Position numbers and translations under genes: made by a program. The notes beneath the pieces were generated by a model. The model saw only the letters and a list, made by a program, of their open reading frames with translations, did no database searches and had not been told where the DNA came from. Shown piece by piece: positions 14,532 to 30,789 of a stretch of 64,000 bases of DNA. This DNA comes from Piromyces finnis finn (taxonomy: Eukaryota > Fungi > Neocallimastigomycota), in NCBI GenBank assembly GCA_002104945.1, contig MCFH01000092.1, positions 1-64,000 on the forward strand. Reading direction: 5' to 3'. The stretch's first letter is position 1, and every line of letters begins with the position of its first letter.

Positions 14532-15718
14532 TTAGTAATCAGAATGATTTGAATCGTCTCTTTCTTTATTCATATCGATACCTTTTTTAGTACAATTTAC
14601 AATTTCATAGAATTTTTCTTCACCAAAAATATGAATAATTTTATCTCTAAGATTGGAAGAAAAGGATTGATTATTATTAACCCAATCTAGCTTTTGTTGA
14701 TCACTTTTCTTTGTAGAAATTTCTTGAATAGCACGTAACTTTTCTTTTTTTATTTCTAGTTCACTTTTTTCTTTTGTTAATTCCTAAATTATATTCATTG
14801 TTTGATAAATCATATAATTAATTAATGTCAATAATATTTAATTATGATAAATAGCTATTTACTATTTTTATCTATTTTATTAATACTATCACTACCACCA
14901 CTATTACTATTACTATTATTATTATTTAATTCCAATTTAAAAAAAAAAAAAAGCTTACATCAACAATTTCTAAAAATTCTTCATATGGATGAATAACTTC
15001 TGAAGGGTTTGGACCAGCATCTCTGGAATATTTTTGTGAATATCTCATTCTAGGCCATTCTCTCAATACTACAGCACCATTCTTTCTTGCAATTTGGGCT
15101 TTTGATTTTGGATTATCTAATGGTGCATAAACAACAATTTGATGATAGGTAGTACCTGGTGCTGGTTCAAGCTATCATTATTATTATATTAAAAGAAAGT
15201 GTTGTTGATATATATTCATTATTCGATAAAGAAATGTGAATATAAATTTATTATATTATTAATGAGGTAGTGATTATAATTGTTATTATTATTATAAGAA
15301 TAGAATTAAAAAAAAAGAAAAGAAAAGAAAACGATAAATAAGAAAAATACATATACATATAAAATTTATTATAATTGATATTATATATATTTCTATATAA
15401 TTTTCTTTTTCTTTTCATTTTTTTTTTCTAAAGAAAAAAAAAAATATTTACTCCTTGAATTTCAAATAAACATTCTACTGAATTTTCTTTTTCTATTTTT
15501 GGTTTATTTAATGAAGAGGTAGATGAAGTTAGGGAATTTAATGAAGAAGTATTAGAAGTAGTAGTGGTACCACGAGCATTTAAATATCTTCCAGTGGATG
15601 AAGCATGACTGTTGTATATTTTAGTAGTTTTAGGTGAAATATATTTAGAGGTATTTGGAGATGAAGTTGGTGGTGCTGGTTTTAAAAGTGTTCTCTTTAT
15701 ATTTGTATTATCTTGCAT
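14532..15718 (-). CDS. Hypothetical protein, 243 aa; exons 15452-15718, 14959-15171, 14532-14783
   Basis: Phase-0 GT-AG junctions. Ser/Thr-rich N-terminus, a globular-looking middle (HQIVVYAPLDNP...VLREWPRMRYSQKY...AGPNPSEVIHPYEEF) and a coiled-coil C-terminus. Confidence 0.8.
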
Positions 15719-16492
15719 TATTATATTGTACTATAGATTGATTACAATAAAATAAATAATATCTTGCTTATTGTTTTTTATTTTAAAATATAAAAAAGAA
15801 TTTAAAAAAAAAAATTAATAATTTAGTTTTCCTCGATAAAAAGAAAAAGGAATATTTTTATTATTTTATTTTTTATATTTTAATTAATTCCGATATTAGA
15901 ATTAGAAGATTCTTAATAAAAGTTACATTATTTTTTCCTAAGAAAAAAAAAATATATAATGAATATAATAAATGGTTTGGATAAAAAAAAAAAAAATAAA
16001 ATAATTATAAAAAGAATAGCGTTTATTAATATTTAATAATTTAATAGTTTAATAATAATAATAATAATAATAAAAAATACAAAAAAATAATGAATTTTTT
16101 CTTTTTTCTTTTTTTTTTCGGTTAATTTTATAAAAGAAGAGGTATAAAAGATATAGAGTTTTCTATAATTATTAAGGTTGTTTATCTATATAATATTTTA
16201 TTATTATAAACTTTATATTCAAAATTGAATTTAATAGGCATTATTACATAATATCAATTTTTTTTTAAAACTTTAATTTTTTACACATTATATTAAAAAA
16301 TATAAAAGAAAAGGAAAAAAAAATAAATTTATTAATATTATTATTTTATTTATTTTATTTATATAACTATATAAAGGTTTTATGTTATTATATATACTAT
16401 GTTAAGATAAATCTAACTAATATATTATATAACATATCCTTTTTTTCTTTCTTTTTTTTTTTTATTTATTCTAATTAATAAATAATATAATT

Positions 16493-16525
<33 letters not shown>

Positions 16526-17190
16526 TTTTATAGTTTTATATTATAATGTATTTAAAGCTATTAAATATTATTTGCTTTTATATTTATACTTTATTTTTTT
16601 GGTACAAGATATACCTTTTTTTTTTTTTTCTGATTTAATATAAATTAATAAATATAATAATATATATTCATTTTCTATAATTCTAATAGTTAATTATTAT
16701 TAAATAGAAAAAATATAAAAGCTAAAGAAAAGAATTTTTTGAAAGCTATTTAAAATTATTACGATATTCTTTTAATTTTCTTTTTATACTTTTTCTTTAA
16801 TATATATATTAATCTTTAATTACTAAATAATGATTAATGATTATTATAAAATACTTTTGATTTTTTCTTTTTTTTTTTTTTTGTTTGTTTGTTTCTTTTT
16901 TTTTTTTTTTGTTTGTTTGTTTCTTTTTTTTTTTTTTTTTTTTGATTTAAAGGAAAATTAAAAATTAATTTTATTAATAAAATAATAAATTATTATTTTA
17001 GAACTTTTCATTTTAAATATTAAAATAAATTGTTGATTTAAGAGAGAGAGAGAGAGAGAGAGAAAAAAAAAAGGAAATTAATGTTAGAAATGTATTAACA
17101 TAATAATTTAAAAATTGTAGTGAAAATATTTATTTGAAATTTATCCTCTTTTTTTTTTTTTTAATCATTTGAATTTTCCTTTCCTTTATT

Positions 17191-20100
17191 TTAATTTGGT
17201 TTCGCTGATTCTCCAATAATATTACCCTATAATTGTATAATATTTTTATAATATATATTACATAAAAGTATACATTAAAATTATAAATTTCTCAAAAATA
17301 ATATTTTAAAAAGATTTAACTTTAAAATAGGTTTACCTTGGCATCTTTAACAACTACATGACCATTTGGGAATTGGGTTTCTCTTCTACCATCAGCATAA
17401 ATAATTCTTATAGTACCATCAGTTTTTATTAACTTACGATAACTCTCAGTATATATTTCCTTTGAACCATCTGGATAATCTACCATTTTTTTACCATCTT
17501 GTGTAGTGCGCATTTTAATACCATTTGCATATACATTTTCTTCTTGACCATCAGGGAAAATTCTTCTAATGGTTTTATCAGGGAATATGATTTCAATAGA
17601 AGAATCAGGGTATTTAGTTTCAATTTGACCGTTAGGGAATTCAAAAACCTCAATACCATTGGTATGAGTAGTTTGAATAGCTTTTGTTTCATGATAAAAG
17701 TAAACAACTTCCTTGTTACTTAAAACTTGCTTTATATCTCCATTAGGGAATCTAATTATTGATGTACCTTCTGCATTAATTTCCTTAATAGTACCATTTT
17801 TAAATGAAATAAGAGTTGTACCATTTGGATAAATTCTCTTAAATTTACCTTCATCAATTTTTATCTCATCAATTGGTGGTGGTAAATCAAGAGCTCTTTC
17901 CATAGCAGTAAATATATTAACATTTGGTGGAATGTTTTGTGGTATACCAACAGGAATCTTTCTTGATTTTGGAACATTATTATTTACATTAATAGGTGAT
18001 GCAAGTGGTGATTCTATAGAATTAACAGATACTGGAGAAAGGTTTTCATTAGAGTTTGCATTTTTATTCGGACCATTTATAATATTTTGACTATTAACAT
18101 TAATCGTTGAATTGGTTTCAACAGAATCATTCTTTGCAATATTCTTATTGTTAACTGAAGAATTAGGATTAATGGAACTATCATTTGTAATGTTAGTATT
18201 TTTAGGGACTACATTACTTCCATTTTTCAAAATAGGACTAGTATTTGGGTTTACGTTAGTGTTATTTACATGTCTTACTTGAACTCCACCAATGCTATCG
18301 ATAGAACCATTCTTAACTGGCTTTTGAGGACCACCCATTTTCTTATTTTCGTAATTTGAAATAGTTGGAGTGGTTGGAGTGTGTGGTGGTGCAATATTAT
18401 GTTTATCATTATTATTTGTTCCAACAGTCAAGTAATTTTGACCAGGATTTCCGTTAACATTTGATGGAGAATTTGGTGTATTAGGTCCAGAAATTGGACT
18501 AACACCTCCAGGTGACATTGTTTGACGCATTAATTGATGATTTAATGGTGGAATAACAGATGACTTTCTTTTTGGTACAGAAGAAACATCCAACAGAGTA
18601 ACCCTATTACCAAGGGCGGTCTTTGAAATTGGTGATTTTCCAGGAACACCATTTGGACTAGATACAGCTAAATTATTATTATTCTTTTGATCAATGGAAA
18701 GTTCTGGCTTATTACCTTTCATTGGGCTTTTATTATCACTGTTTAATTCACCAGTAGAATTTTCCCTTGTTGGCTTCATTCCTCCTTGGTAAACACTTCT
18801 AACTCTTTCTCTTCCTTCCATCATTCTATCCTTACTTCCAATTTTATGAAGACCTGGACCGCCTGGATGCATACTTTTAACTCTTTCTCTATCTCTTAAT
18901 TCACCTTTCATTGGGCCATTTGGACCTCCTGGATGCATACTCTTAACTCTTTCTCTATCCCTTTCTCTATCTCTTCCTTCCATTTCCATACCTGGATGCA
19001 TACTCTTAACTCTTTCTCTATCTCTTTCTCTGTCTCTTCCTTCCATTTCCATACCTGGATGCATACTTTTAACTCTTTCTCTATCTCTTTCTCTGTCTCT
19101 TCCTTCCATTTCCATACCTGGATGCATACTCTTAACTCTTTCTCTATCTCTTTCTCTGTCTCTTCCTTCCATTTCCATACCTGGATGCATACTTTTAACT
19201 CTTTCACTCTTTGGAATTTGACCAGGATGCATACTCTTAATTCTTTCCTTACTTCCAACAGGGCGTATTCCCCTATCTCCTGGGAACATACTTCTAACTC
19301 TTTCATTTGATGGAGATGAATGTCCTCTTCTTTCATTTTCTTTATTAATTTTCATATTCATGGCTCTTTCCTTTTCAAGAACCTTAATTTCTTCATGTAA
19401 TTCATTGTTTTTCTTAGTTAAATCATCTATTTGTTTACGCAAACGATCTACAGTTAGCTTATACTTTGATTCCTTTTCTTTCTCTTCTTCTTTTAATTTT
19501 TCAATTTCCTCTTTTAATGCTTTAATTTCTTGCTTATCTTGAACAGATGGTAACAATTCCTCTTCACGCTTTTGCTTTTCAGATAATAATTGTTCACGTT
19601 TAATTCTACGTAATTCTTCCTCTTTCATTTCTTCAATTTTTTGTTTTTCTTCAGTAACATATCTTTCAAAAGCAGCTTTATCTGATTCAAACTTTAATCG
19701 TAATTGTTCAGTCTCAGCTTGCATTTTTTTTAATCTTTCATTGCCAGCAATAAATTGATTCCTTTCAGCTTCGACTTCTTGTAACTTTTCGTTTAATAAC
19801 TTTTGATCAGACTCAGATATACAACCAACTGGTGAAACCAAAGCACTACCGACTTCCTTATCAATAACTTCAAATATAAATGTATATATAATATTATTAA
19901 TACTAAAAAATAATTAATTAATTTTTATATTAATATTTAAATAATTACATTGTTTTTCAGTTGTTGCCATTTGAGATGAATTGGCTTCATTTTCATTTTC
20001 CTTTAATCCTGGGAAAATATTATATAAATAATCTTGTTTACTTTGTTGTTCTTTTAATTCAATTTGAACTGTTTCTTTTTGTAATTCATTTTCTGGTCCA

Positions 20101-23100
20101 AGTGGTTGTTCTTCTGAATTAATTAGTTGTTCTTGTAATTGATCTTCTGGCTCAATTGGTTGTTCTTGTAATTGATCTTCTGGCTCAATTGGTTGTTCTT
20201 TTAATTGATCTTCTGAATCAATTGGTTGTTCTTGTAATTGATCTTCTGGATCAACTGGTTGTTCTTGTAATTGATCTTCTGAATCAGATTGATCTTCCGT
20301 ATCTGTTTGAGGGATTTGACTCACTAAGCCTGTTATATCAATAACATCTTCTTCTTGAACTGATTCACTATCTTGTTCTATATTATTATTGAAATTATAG
20401 TTTTTGATTACAATTTGATATTTTTTAAAATATATTATACAAATATTTATAAATAATAAACAAAAGAATATAATTTACCACAAGATTCATCTGTAATTGG
20501 AAATTGATCATCAAACGTAATGTCTTTATTTCCTGAAGTCATTACTTCATCGATTAAATCAGCAAAATGGCTATTAAATTAACAATTCAATACATTAATT
20601 TATTTTTTGTTTATTATGTTTTTTTTTTTTTTATACATTATATATATAAATATTTTTGCTTATTAAAATTACTTACTTAGCTTCAGAAGAAATACTATTA
20701 TTTTCATAAGCATCGTCGTTATCTTGACCAGCAATTATTGATTCTTCAACAACATCAGGATAGAATGGATGATTGTTATTATTTAATGATTCATTATCTG
20801 CTACTTGTTGTTGTTTTTCGCCTAAAATCATTAATTGATCTATTTGTTGATTAGTTTGCTTAGTATTATTAAAAGCATTGTCACTTTCGTAAATAGATGA
20901 AATTACACCATCATCATTATCTTGTAATGGTGAAATTAATTTAACATTTTCTTGATTTGATAATATGGTATCACTATTTTGTGCCGAGGAAGTTATATTG
21001 TTGCTTTGAACTGGTGATAAATAATTATCATTTGCACTGTTTATATGGCTTGATAAATTATTATATCCAATATCAGCAGTATCATCATTATCAAATGGGT
21101 CAACTTGTTCACTTGGTAGACTTAAACTAAGAGACACATGTTTATTCTTATAATTTTCATTAAATTCTTTATCTAATCTTAATGATTTTTCAAGATGTTC
21201 ATGGAAATCTTCAAACTCATACTTTTCATTTTTCTTTTCATCATCAGATGAAGCTTAAAATTTATATTTATTATATATGAAAAATATGAAAGAACTTTGT
21301 TAAATTCTATAATAAAAACTTACTTATACTAATATAATTATTAAATATTTACGTGAAATATCAATATTCTTTTCATTTTCTTGAGATGTGTTATCAATAA
21401 AATCGTTAAGATCATATGAATCTTCTTCATAGTTTTCTTTTTCATTAATATTTTGTTGAATTTTATCATCTGAAGTCATTGTTTGATTTTGAGCTTGAAT
21501 ATTTTGGTCAATATTTGGAACTTCATCTTTATCATCATTACTTTGTTCTTGTATTTGTTGTTCAAGAATACTTTCCTGTTGGTATTCCATTTTATTTGGT
21601 ATCCGTATTTGTTGCTGATTATTTATTTCTATATTATTTGGAGTTTGTTGATTCATAATCATTTGAACAGTATCACCTTGTGCTGATTCTAATTGATTCA
21701 CATCCATTTCAGTTGGGTATTGTTCATCTGTATATGATTTTTGATTTTCTGGTAATTGTTGGTTCAAAGGTGATTGATGGTTTACCAATGGTGATTTTTG
21801 ATTTATTTGATTTGGCCTTTGAGCAATTGGACTTTGAATATTCATAGAATTATTTATTTGTTTATATCCATCTGCATCGTTAAAGTTATCTTGATTGTTA
21901 GAATATGAATCCATTGGACTTTGAGAACGATGAAGTGGACTTTGAGCATATACCATTGGACTTTGTGAATGATTTCTTGGACTTTGAGGTCTACGTTTTG
22001 GACTTTCAGGTCCACGCATTGGACTTTGAGGTCTACGCATTGGACTTTCAGGTCCACGCATTGGACTTTCTGGTCTACGCATTGGACTTTCAGGTCCGCG
22101 CATTGGACTTTCTGGTCTACGCATTGGACTTTCTGGTCCACGTATTGGACTTTCTGGTCCGTGCATTGGACTTTCTGGTCCGTGCATTGGACTTTGTGAA
22201 TTATTCTTTGGATTTTTAATATTTTTATTATTAGGACCTTGAATATAACAAATTGGATTGTTTATTGTATCAGCAGGGTTAAAACTATTCAAATCACTAA
22301 TTATATCATTAATAGCATCACTTCCATAACTACTTTCATCATCTGCAGGTTCCTCATTATAAACCATTTTTGATTGATTATTATTATTTTGTGGATTTTC
22401 TCTTTGAACATAATGTTTTTCTAATTCTTTGTATTCTTCAATTTCCATTGAATATATTTGTTTAACTTCTTTCCAATGTTCATGGTTTGATTGCTTTAAT
22501 GATTCTAGAGCAGCGTCGTTTTTAATATCTTTACTTTGTTCTTGGAATCTTTGGTCTTTTTCCATTCCTGTAACTATCTCTTGCTTATTGTCGGTTGGAG
22601 AATATGTACTTGGCAATTCAGGTAATGAAGTCTGGGGTGGCATGAAAGGCGATGAATGTGGTTCATCAATTAATCTATTTTGATTTTGTATATATTCAGG
22701 TAAAGGAGGAACTGGAGGTAAGGATTGACCATTCATTTCATAATTATTATTTTCTACATAATATTGTTGTTGATGTTTTTCATTACTATCTCTACGTGGT
22801 GGGTCTTGTATATATCCATCATCTTCGTAATCACCTTCATAACTTTCATATTCATATTCGTCGTCATATTGTGAGTTATAATTATCTTGAAATTGACCAT
22901 TACTGGAAGAATTAAGTTGGGAGTCTGGAGGAACTTGAAAATATTGAGTCGTACCAGATTGTCTTTGAACATAATAATTTTGCTGTTGATATTGATGATT
23001 ATTATTAAATTGTTGGTATTGCATTTCTTGTTGATACTGAGGATTCATACCTGAGCTATCATAAATTTGTTGCTGAAAATGTGAATTATCTTCTTGTTGA

Positions 23101-23183
23101 TAATTTTGACGATTTTGTGGTTTTGCTTTATTCATGCCGAAAGTATTAAAATTTTCATTAACTGGAATATCGTCTCCTAACAT
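17191..23183 (-). CDS. SAS4: Centriole assembly protein SAS-4/CENPJ(CPAP)-like with C-terminal TCP10/G-box domain; 6 exons (21353-23183, 20677-21253, 20479-20570, 19949-20377, 17337-19867, 17191-17226), 1831 aa
   Basis: The four separate track ORFs join in phase through GT-AG introns (5496 nt). Coiled coil KLLNEKLQEVEAERNQF...EEIKVLE matches the CENPJ coiled coil; G-box repeats (FPNGDIKQ, FPNGQIE, YPDGSKE) end in KDAKGNII. Confidence 0.9.
18785..19305 (-). repeat. Coding 63-bp tandem repeat (ERVKSMHPGMEMEGRDRERDR x4) plus flanking degenerate RVKSMHPG units in SAS-4
   Basis: Visible in DNA and in the translation of ORF 17322..19841. Confidence 0.95.
20115..20283 (-). repeat. Coding 33-bp repeat (EDQLQEQPIEP-like x5) in SAS-4 exon 4
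   Basis: Repeated ttgttcttgtaattgatcttctg units. Confidence 0.9.
21903..22196 (-). repeat. Coding 21-bp repeat ([EQ]SPMR[RG]P heptads, 14 units including degenerate ones) in SAS-4 exon 1
   Basis: Repeated cattggactttc(t/a)ggtc(c/t) units; translation shows S-P every 7 residues. Confidence 0.95.
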
Positions 23184-26100
23184 TTTTAATTATATTATAT
23201 AGGAAATAATAATATTAAGATTCTTGTATCTATTTAATTTATTTATTCTATTGTTATTGTTTATATTATTATATTATATGTCTGTTTATGAAAACTAAAT
23301 AATTGTAATTAATTTATTTTTATTACTGAATATATATATTTTTAATTTTTTTTATTATGTTGTTGTTATATTTGCTTTTTGAATAAATAGTTCTATATAT
23401 GTGTCAATTTTAAATATATATGGATATTTTAATAAATAGCTTTTTTTATTTATTTATTTATTTATTTATAATTATTTAAATAGGTTTAAATTAATTATTA
23501 TTGCATTTTATAATTAAATAGTTTTTGAATATCAATTAAAAAAAATAAATAAAAAAAGTAGAGAAATTATATTATAAAATATATAATTATATAATGAATT
23601 GATTTTTTATTGAATATAACACTTTCTTCTCTTTTTTTTTTTTTTATTTTTTTTTTTAATATGATTTCAAAAGTCCACTTTTATTTAATAATAAACTTTA
23701 TTTAAAAAGAAAAAAAAAATTTTTTTTTTTTGGTGATATTCAAAACAATTTTAAAATTAAAATTTAAATATAGAAAATATATTAGGTGTATATTGTAATT
23801 TATATGTTAATTATTAACATTAATATAATTGTATTTAATCAAAATTACACCAAATATTCACGAATAAATATAAATCAAAATCTTAATTATTATCAAGGTA
23901 TATTAATTTTTCAATAATTAAATTAGAATATAATCACTTTAATAATGAATAGTATAAGAAAGTATAATAATATAACCATAATAAATGGTTACAGATATAT
24001 TAATATTATAATGTCAAAATAATAGTTAACCATTAAAATATATTAAATAATAATATAGAAATCTTTTTTACAATATAAAGAATTAAAAATGAATAAAAAA
24101 TAAAAGCTTTTAGCTTTTCTTTTATAATTATATAGAGATAAAAATGAAAGTATGGAAATAAAAAAAAGCAATTATAAATAAAAAATAAATAATAAATATG
24201 AATTTCAAGTAGTATAGTTTATAGTGATAAAAGTTAATAAAGTAAATTTCAGAATATTATACTATTGCTTTAATATTAAAAAAGTTAAAGTTGATTAAAA
24301 TACTAATATAATATTATATAATTAATTTAATAGATTAATATAAAATATAATTTAATAGTTTTAAATGAATTATTACGTTTTTCAAAGACAAGGTTTTATT
24401 AAACATCAATGCTATATATATATCGAATTTGTCTTATTAAATTCAAATAATTTATAGTAATTTTTAAATATAAAATGACAATTTTCTTTTTATATTTTAA
24501 TAATATTTATAGAGTTTTTTACGCACCCTCTCATAAAAATTTAATCAGAATTTTATTTATTAATAAAATAAAGAATTTTGATTAAATTATTATTAAATTC
24601 ATCCAATAAGTATTCAATATTTTTAAAAAATTTGACCCATTAAAAATATTATTAATTACAAATAAAAAAAATTTTTTTTATTTTTCAGTTATTATAAGTC
24701 ATTGATATATAGATGCTACTAATATTAAAGGATTATATTAATATAATCATTGAATAAAAAAATCATTAAAAATGGTAGATTTCTTGTAATAATTAATAAA
24801 CGTAACAATAAACAATCGAAATTGCAATATACTTTTTAATTATTATTTTATTTATTAATGATATTATATATTAATATTTTTTTAAATGAGAATATATAAT
24901 TGTATTAATGATTAATATTCCTTTCAATATAATAGATATTAACTACATTATTTCCTTGAAGGATTTATAATTGATATAAGCCGTTTATATAAATTTTAAT
25001 ATTAATTAAAGTTTAGCATTTTTAATTTAAGTTATTTCATTAATACTCACTTTTATATGTTTGTATACCATTATAAATTATATATTATATATAAAATAAT
25101 GAAATTCTTATTTTACTATAAAATAAAGTTTAATTACTATCATATATTATTTAATATCTTTATAACAATGTATTTAATTAACAATATATTGGTAAAACAA
25201 ACAATAATAATTGAAATTATAAAATTAGTACAAATTGCATTGCATATTATTACTGTTTTGGTAATAAAAAAAAGAAAGTATATTTACCATGATAAAAAAA
25301 AATGGCACTAAATTTTGTGTAAAAAAAATATGCTTTATAATAAAAGAAAAAAAATATTAAAACTTTTTTTAATTAAATTTTATTCAATATTTATATTAAT
25401 TAAAGTTTTAATTTAAATAATGTTACACATTCAATTTGAAATAATAATTAAAAAAAGTGGAATATTTTACATAAATGCAAAGTATTTTTAAGAGTATTTT
25501 TAAAAAAAATATTTATTATTTAAAAACATTATTTATAATTAAGAGTTTTTTTTTTTTTTATAACAGATTTTTAAAAGTTTTATTTAAGATTTTGTAAGAT
25601 GAAATTTTATTATTATATTTATTTTAGTTTTTCTTATAGTCTATTAGATAAAAAAAAAAACTTATACCAAAAAATCTTTATTAAACTGAGTAAAATTATA
25701 ATTTCATTTATTTATTGCTTTTTAATTTTAATTTTAAATATTAATTCTTTGATTATTAGGTAAAAATAATATATGCAAATATTGAAATAATTATAATTAA
25801 ATATTTTAAGTATTACGTTATAACAATTCATATATATTTAAAAAAAAAAAGAATGAGAGGAAGGATGGATTCATTCAATACTAGGATTATTATTATATTT
25901 ATTATTTGTGAATGAATTAATAAAAATAATTTTTAAATTTCACTTATTCATTATTTTATGATAAATTATAATATATCATAAATTAAAAGTAAATAAAACT
26001 TTATATGAAATAAAGATTAAAAAGCAGTATAAAATAAAAATTACAGAATTTATATAAAGGAGTTTTTTTTTTAAAATATATATATATATATTAAAATAAT

Positions 26101-26217
26101 GAAGATAAAAGAAAGATAAAAAATAATATTTTAAATTTTCAATAATTTAATGTTTTTGAATTTATGATATCATTACACTATATATTTATGTTTTGTTTGT
26201 TTTTTAATAAATCATAT

Positions 26218-28430
<2,213 letters not shown>

Positions 28431-29719
28431 TTTTTTTTTTTATCCAGTTATTATATAAATAAATAATAATAATATAAACTAAATAATATATATAATTAAT
28501 TGTTTAAATAAGTATACAAAATATATAAAATTAGTAAGAAACTATATGATTTATTTAAACTAATTTGTTAAACAACTTGGATTTATATAATATATATATT
28601 ACTTATTATATTTTATTTTATAATTTATCTTTATTTTTTTTAAAAAAAAAAAAAAAAAAATTTCAAAATTAAATAAAGAAATTCATAAAAATTTCTTTAA
28701 TTTGTTTTATTTTTAAAAAATTAAATCGTCTATAGGCTTAGATAATTGTTATGAATTTTTTCAATTTTTATCATTCCACTAAATAATAAAATTAAAAGAA
28801 AAGAACAAAATATATATATATTATAAAGTTTTATAAATTTTAAATAAAGTTCTTTTGTTGGTTTGTTTTAATTCTAAACACATTAAATTTTTAAATTCTA
28901 TGAAATTTTGATGGTAATTTTAAAATATTGATAATATTAATATGTTTTTTATTATCCTTTATTTTTTTAGACAAGCGCATATATACACACATTACATATT
29001 TACATTTACTATTAATAATATAAAATTAAAATATATATCTTTAAACTTATTTATACATTAAAATATTTATCTAAATACCTTCTTTTATTTAGTATATAAA
29101 ATGCTTTTTTTTTACAAATAAAATTTTTTATTAATTATTATTATTCCAAAAAAATTAAAAAATATTATGTTCGACAATAAAATTTAATTACTATTAGATT
29201 AAATTTTAATTAAAAGTATTGAATTAAATATAATTTTAAAATATTATTAAAATTTCCTTATTTTAACAAAAAGTTAAAAATTAACATTTTTAAAGGAAAA
29301 ATAAAATACTTAATTTTTTAAAATAACAATAAATGGTTTAAAATTATAACAATAAATCAAAATAAATTAAATAAATTAATAAGAAAATAAATAAAAAAAG
29401 AATATAATATTTATAATATTATATCCATTTTTTATGAATATAATATTCTAACTATTTATATTACTAAACACTAAACCAACTCATCTTTTAAAAGTGAAAA
29501 AAAAAAAAAAATACTAATAATATCATCATAAATTATTTATTAAATCAACGCTATTCATCCATTACATTTATTTAGTAATTAATTAATATAAAATTCACAA
29601 TACCATATTCAGTAATACATAAAATCAATTATACCTAATCATTAAATACAACTTTCAATAAAATAATTTAAAAACATTCATTATTTGACATTTCTATATT
29701 CATATATATATATTCGAAA

Positions 29720-30789
29720 ATGGAGTATCAACTACAGGATAATAACGAAACCTTAAATGATAAGGATAATAGAATGAATAAATTTAATTTAATAATAATG
29801 TTTCTAATATTATTATTTATAAGTAAGTAATAAGTAATAAATAATACCAAATATCTATTTTTATTTAAAAAAGAAATAAAATTAAAAAACAAGAGAAAAT
29901 AAATATTAAATTTGTGGATTATATTACTAGTGTAGATACCTTTTTCTTTTTTTTTTTATAATGTTAAAATAACAAAAGGTCATGTTATATAGATATATTT
30001 AAAATTAAAAAGTAGAAATAATATTTTTATATAAAAATTCTATAATAAAATAGTTTTTCTTGTATATTCAATTTAATTTATATATTATTACTTTTTTTCG
30101 AAATGCAATTCAAAAACATTATTTTTTATATATTCTAATTTTAGTTTTTAAAGTGATATTTTATTTAAAATAATAATAACAATAATAATAATAATAATAA
30201 TAATTAATATTAACATATTAACTATCATTTTTTACTAACATTATATTTTTTATATTTGAAAAATTGGGCTATCTTTTAAATATCCTCTTATGTATTTTAA
30301 ACTCTAGTTCTTTTCGTTTTTAAAAAATACGTTTTTAATTTTATTGTATCATTGAAATTAAAGTATAATTTAATACCAATGTCTTATTTGGATGATGATT
30401 TATCAGAATTAGAATCAGCACAACTTTTAGACAATGACTCAGATGAATATAATAACCATAAGGAATCCGGTTTAAAAAGGAAAATGAATAAAATTTTAAA
30501 TCGTAATAATGATAGTTCAGCCTCTTTTGAAGAAGCCATTGAAAATGGACTTAGTTCTAATAATTTTGATGTTCGTACCAACAATATTGATACAGCAGAT
30601 GAAAGAACAGGATTTGATCCTAAAGATACTCGCATTCTTAAAAGAATTATGAAAAATGAACACTGTGATTTTGATACTGCACGTTTAGTAATGCAACATT
30701 TAAAATTTAGAAAGATGGGTATTGACCCAGCAACAGGTATGCCTTTGGATTCTAAAGCTTTTACTTTTGAATCTAAAAGTAAAAGATAA
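29720..30789 (+). CDS. DUF2015/UPF0357-family fungal membrane protein; exons 29720-29822 and 30308-30789
   Basis: The C-terminal SFEEAIENGLSSNNFD..N....D.R.G.D......I.RIMK....DFD.AR motif fits DUF2015 (from memory). An upstream exon splices in phase 1 and supplies a TM helix (FNLIIMFLILLFIILFVF) that the track ORF lacks. Confidence 0.8.

Noticed and set aside
17480-22972. Many short alternate-frame and antisense ORFs within SAS-4
   Set aside because: By-products of the coding repeats and low complexity inside a well-supported gene.
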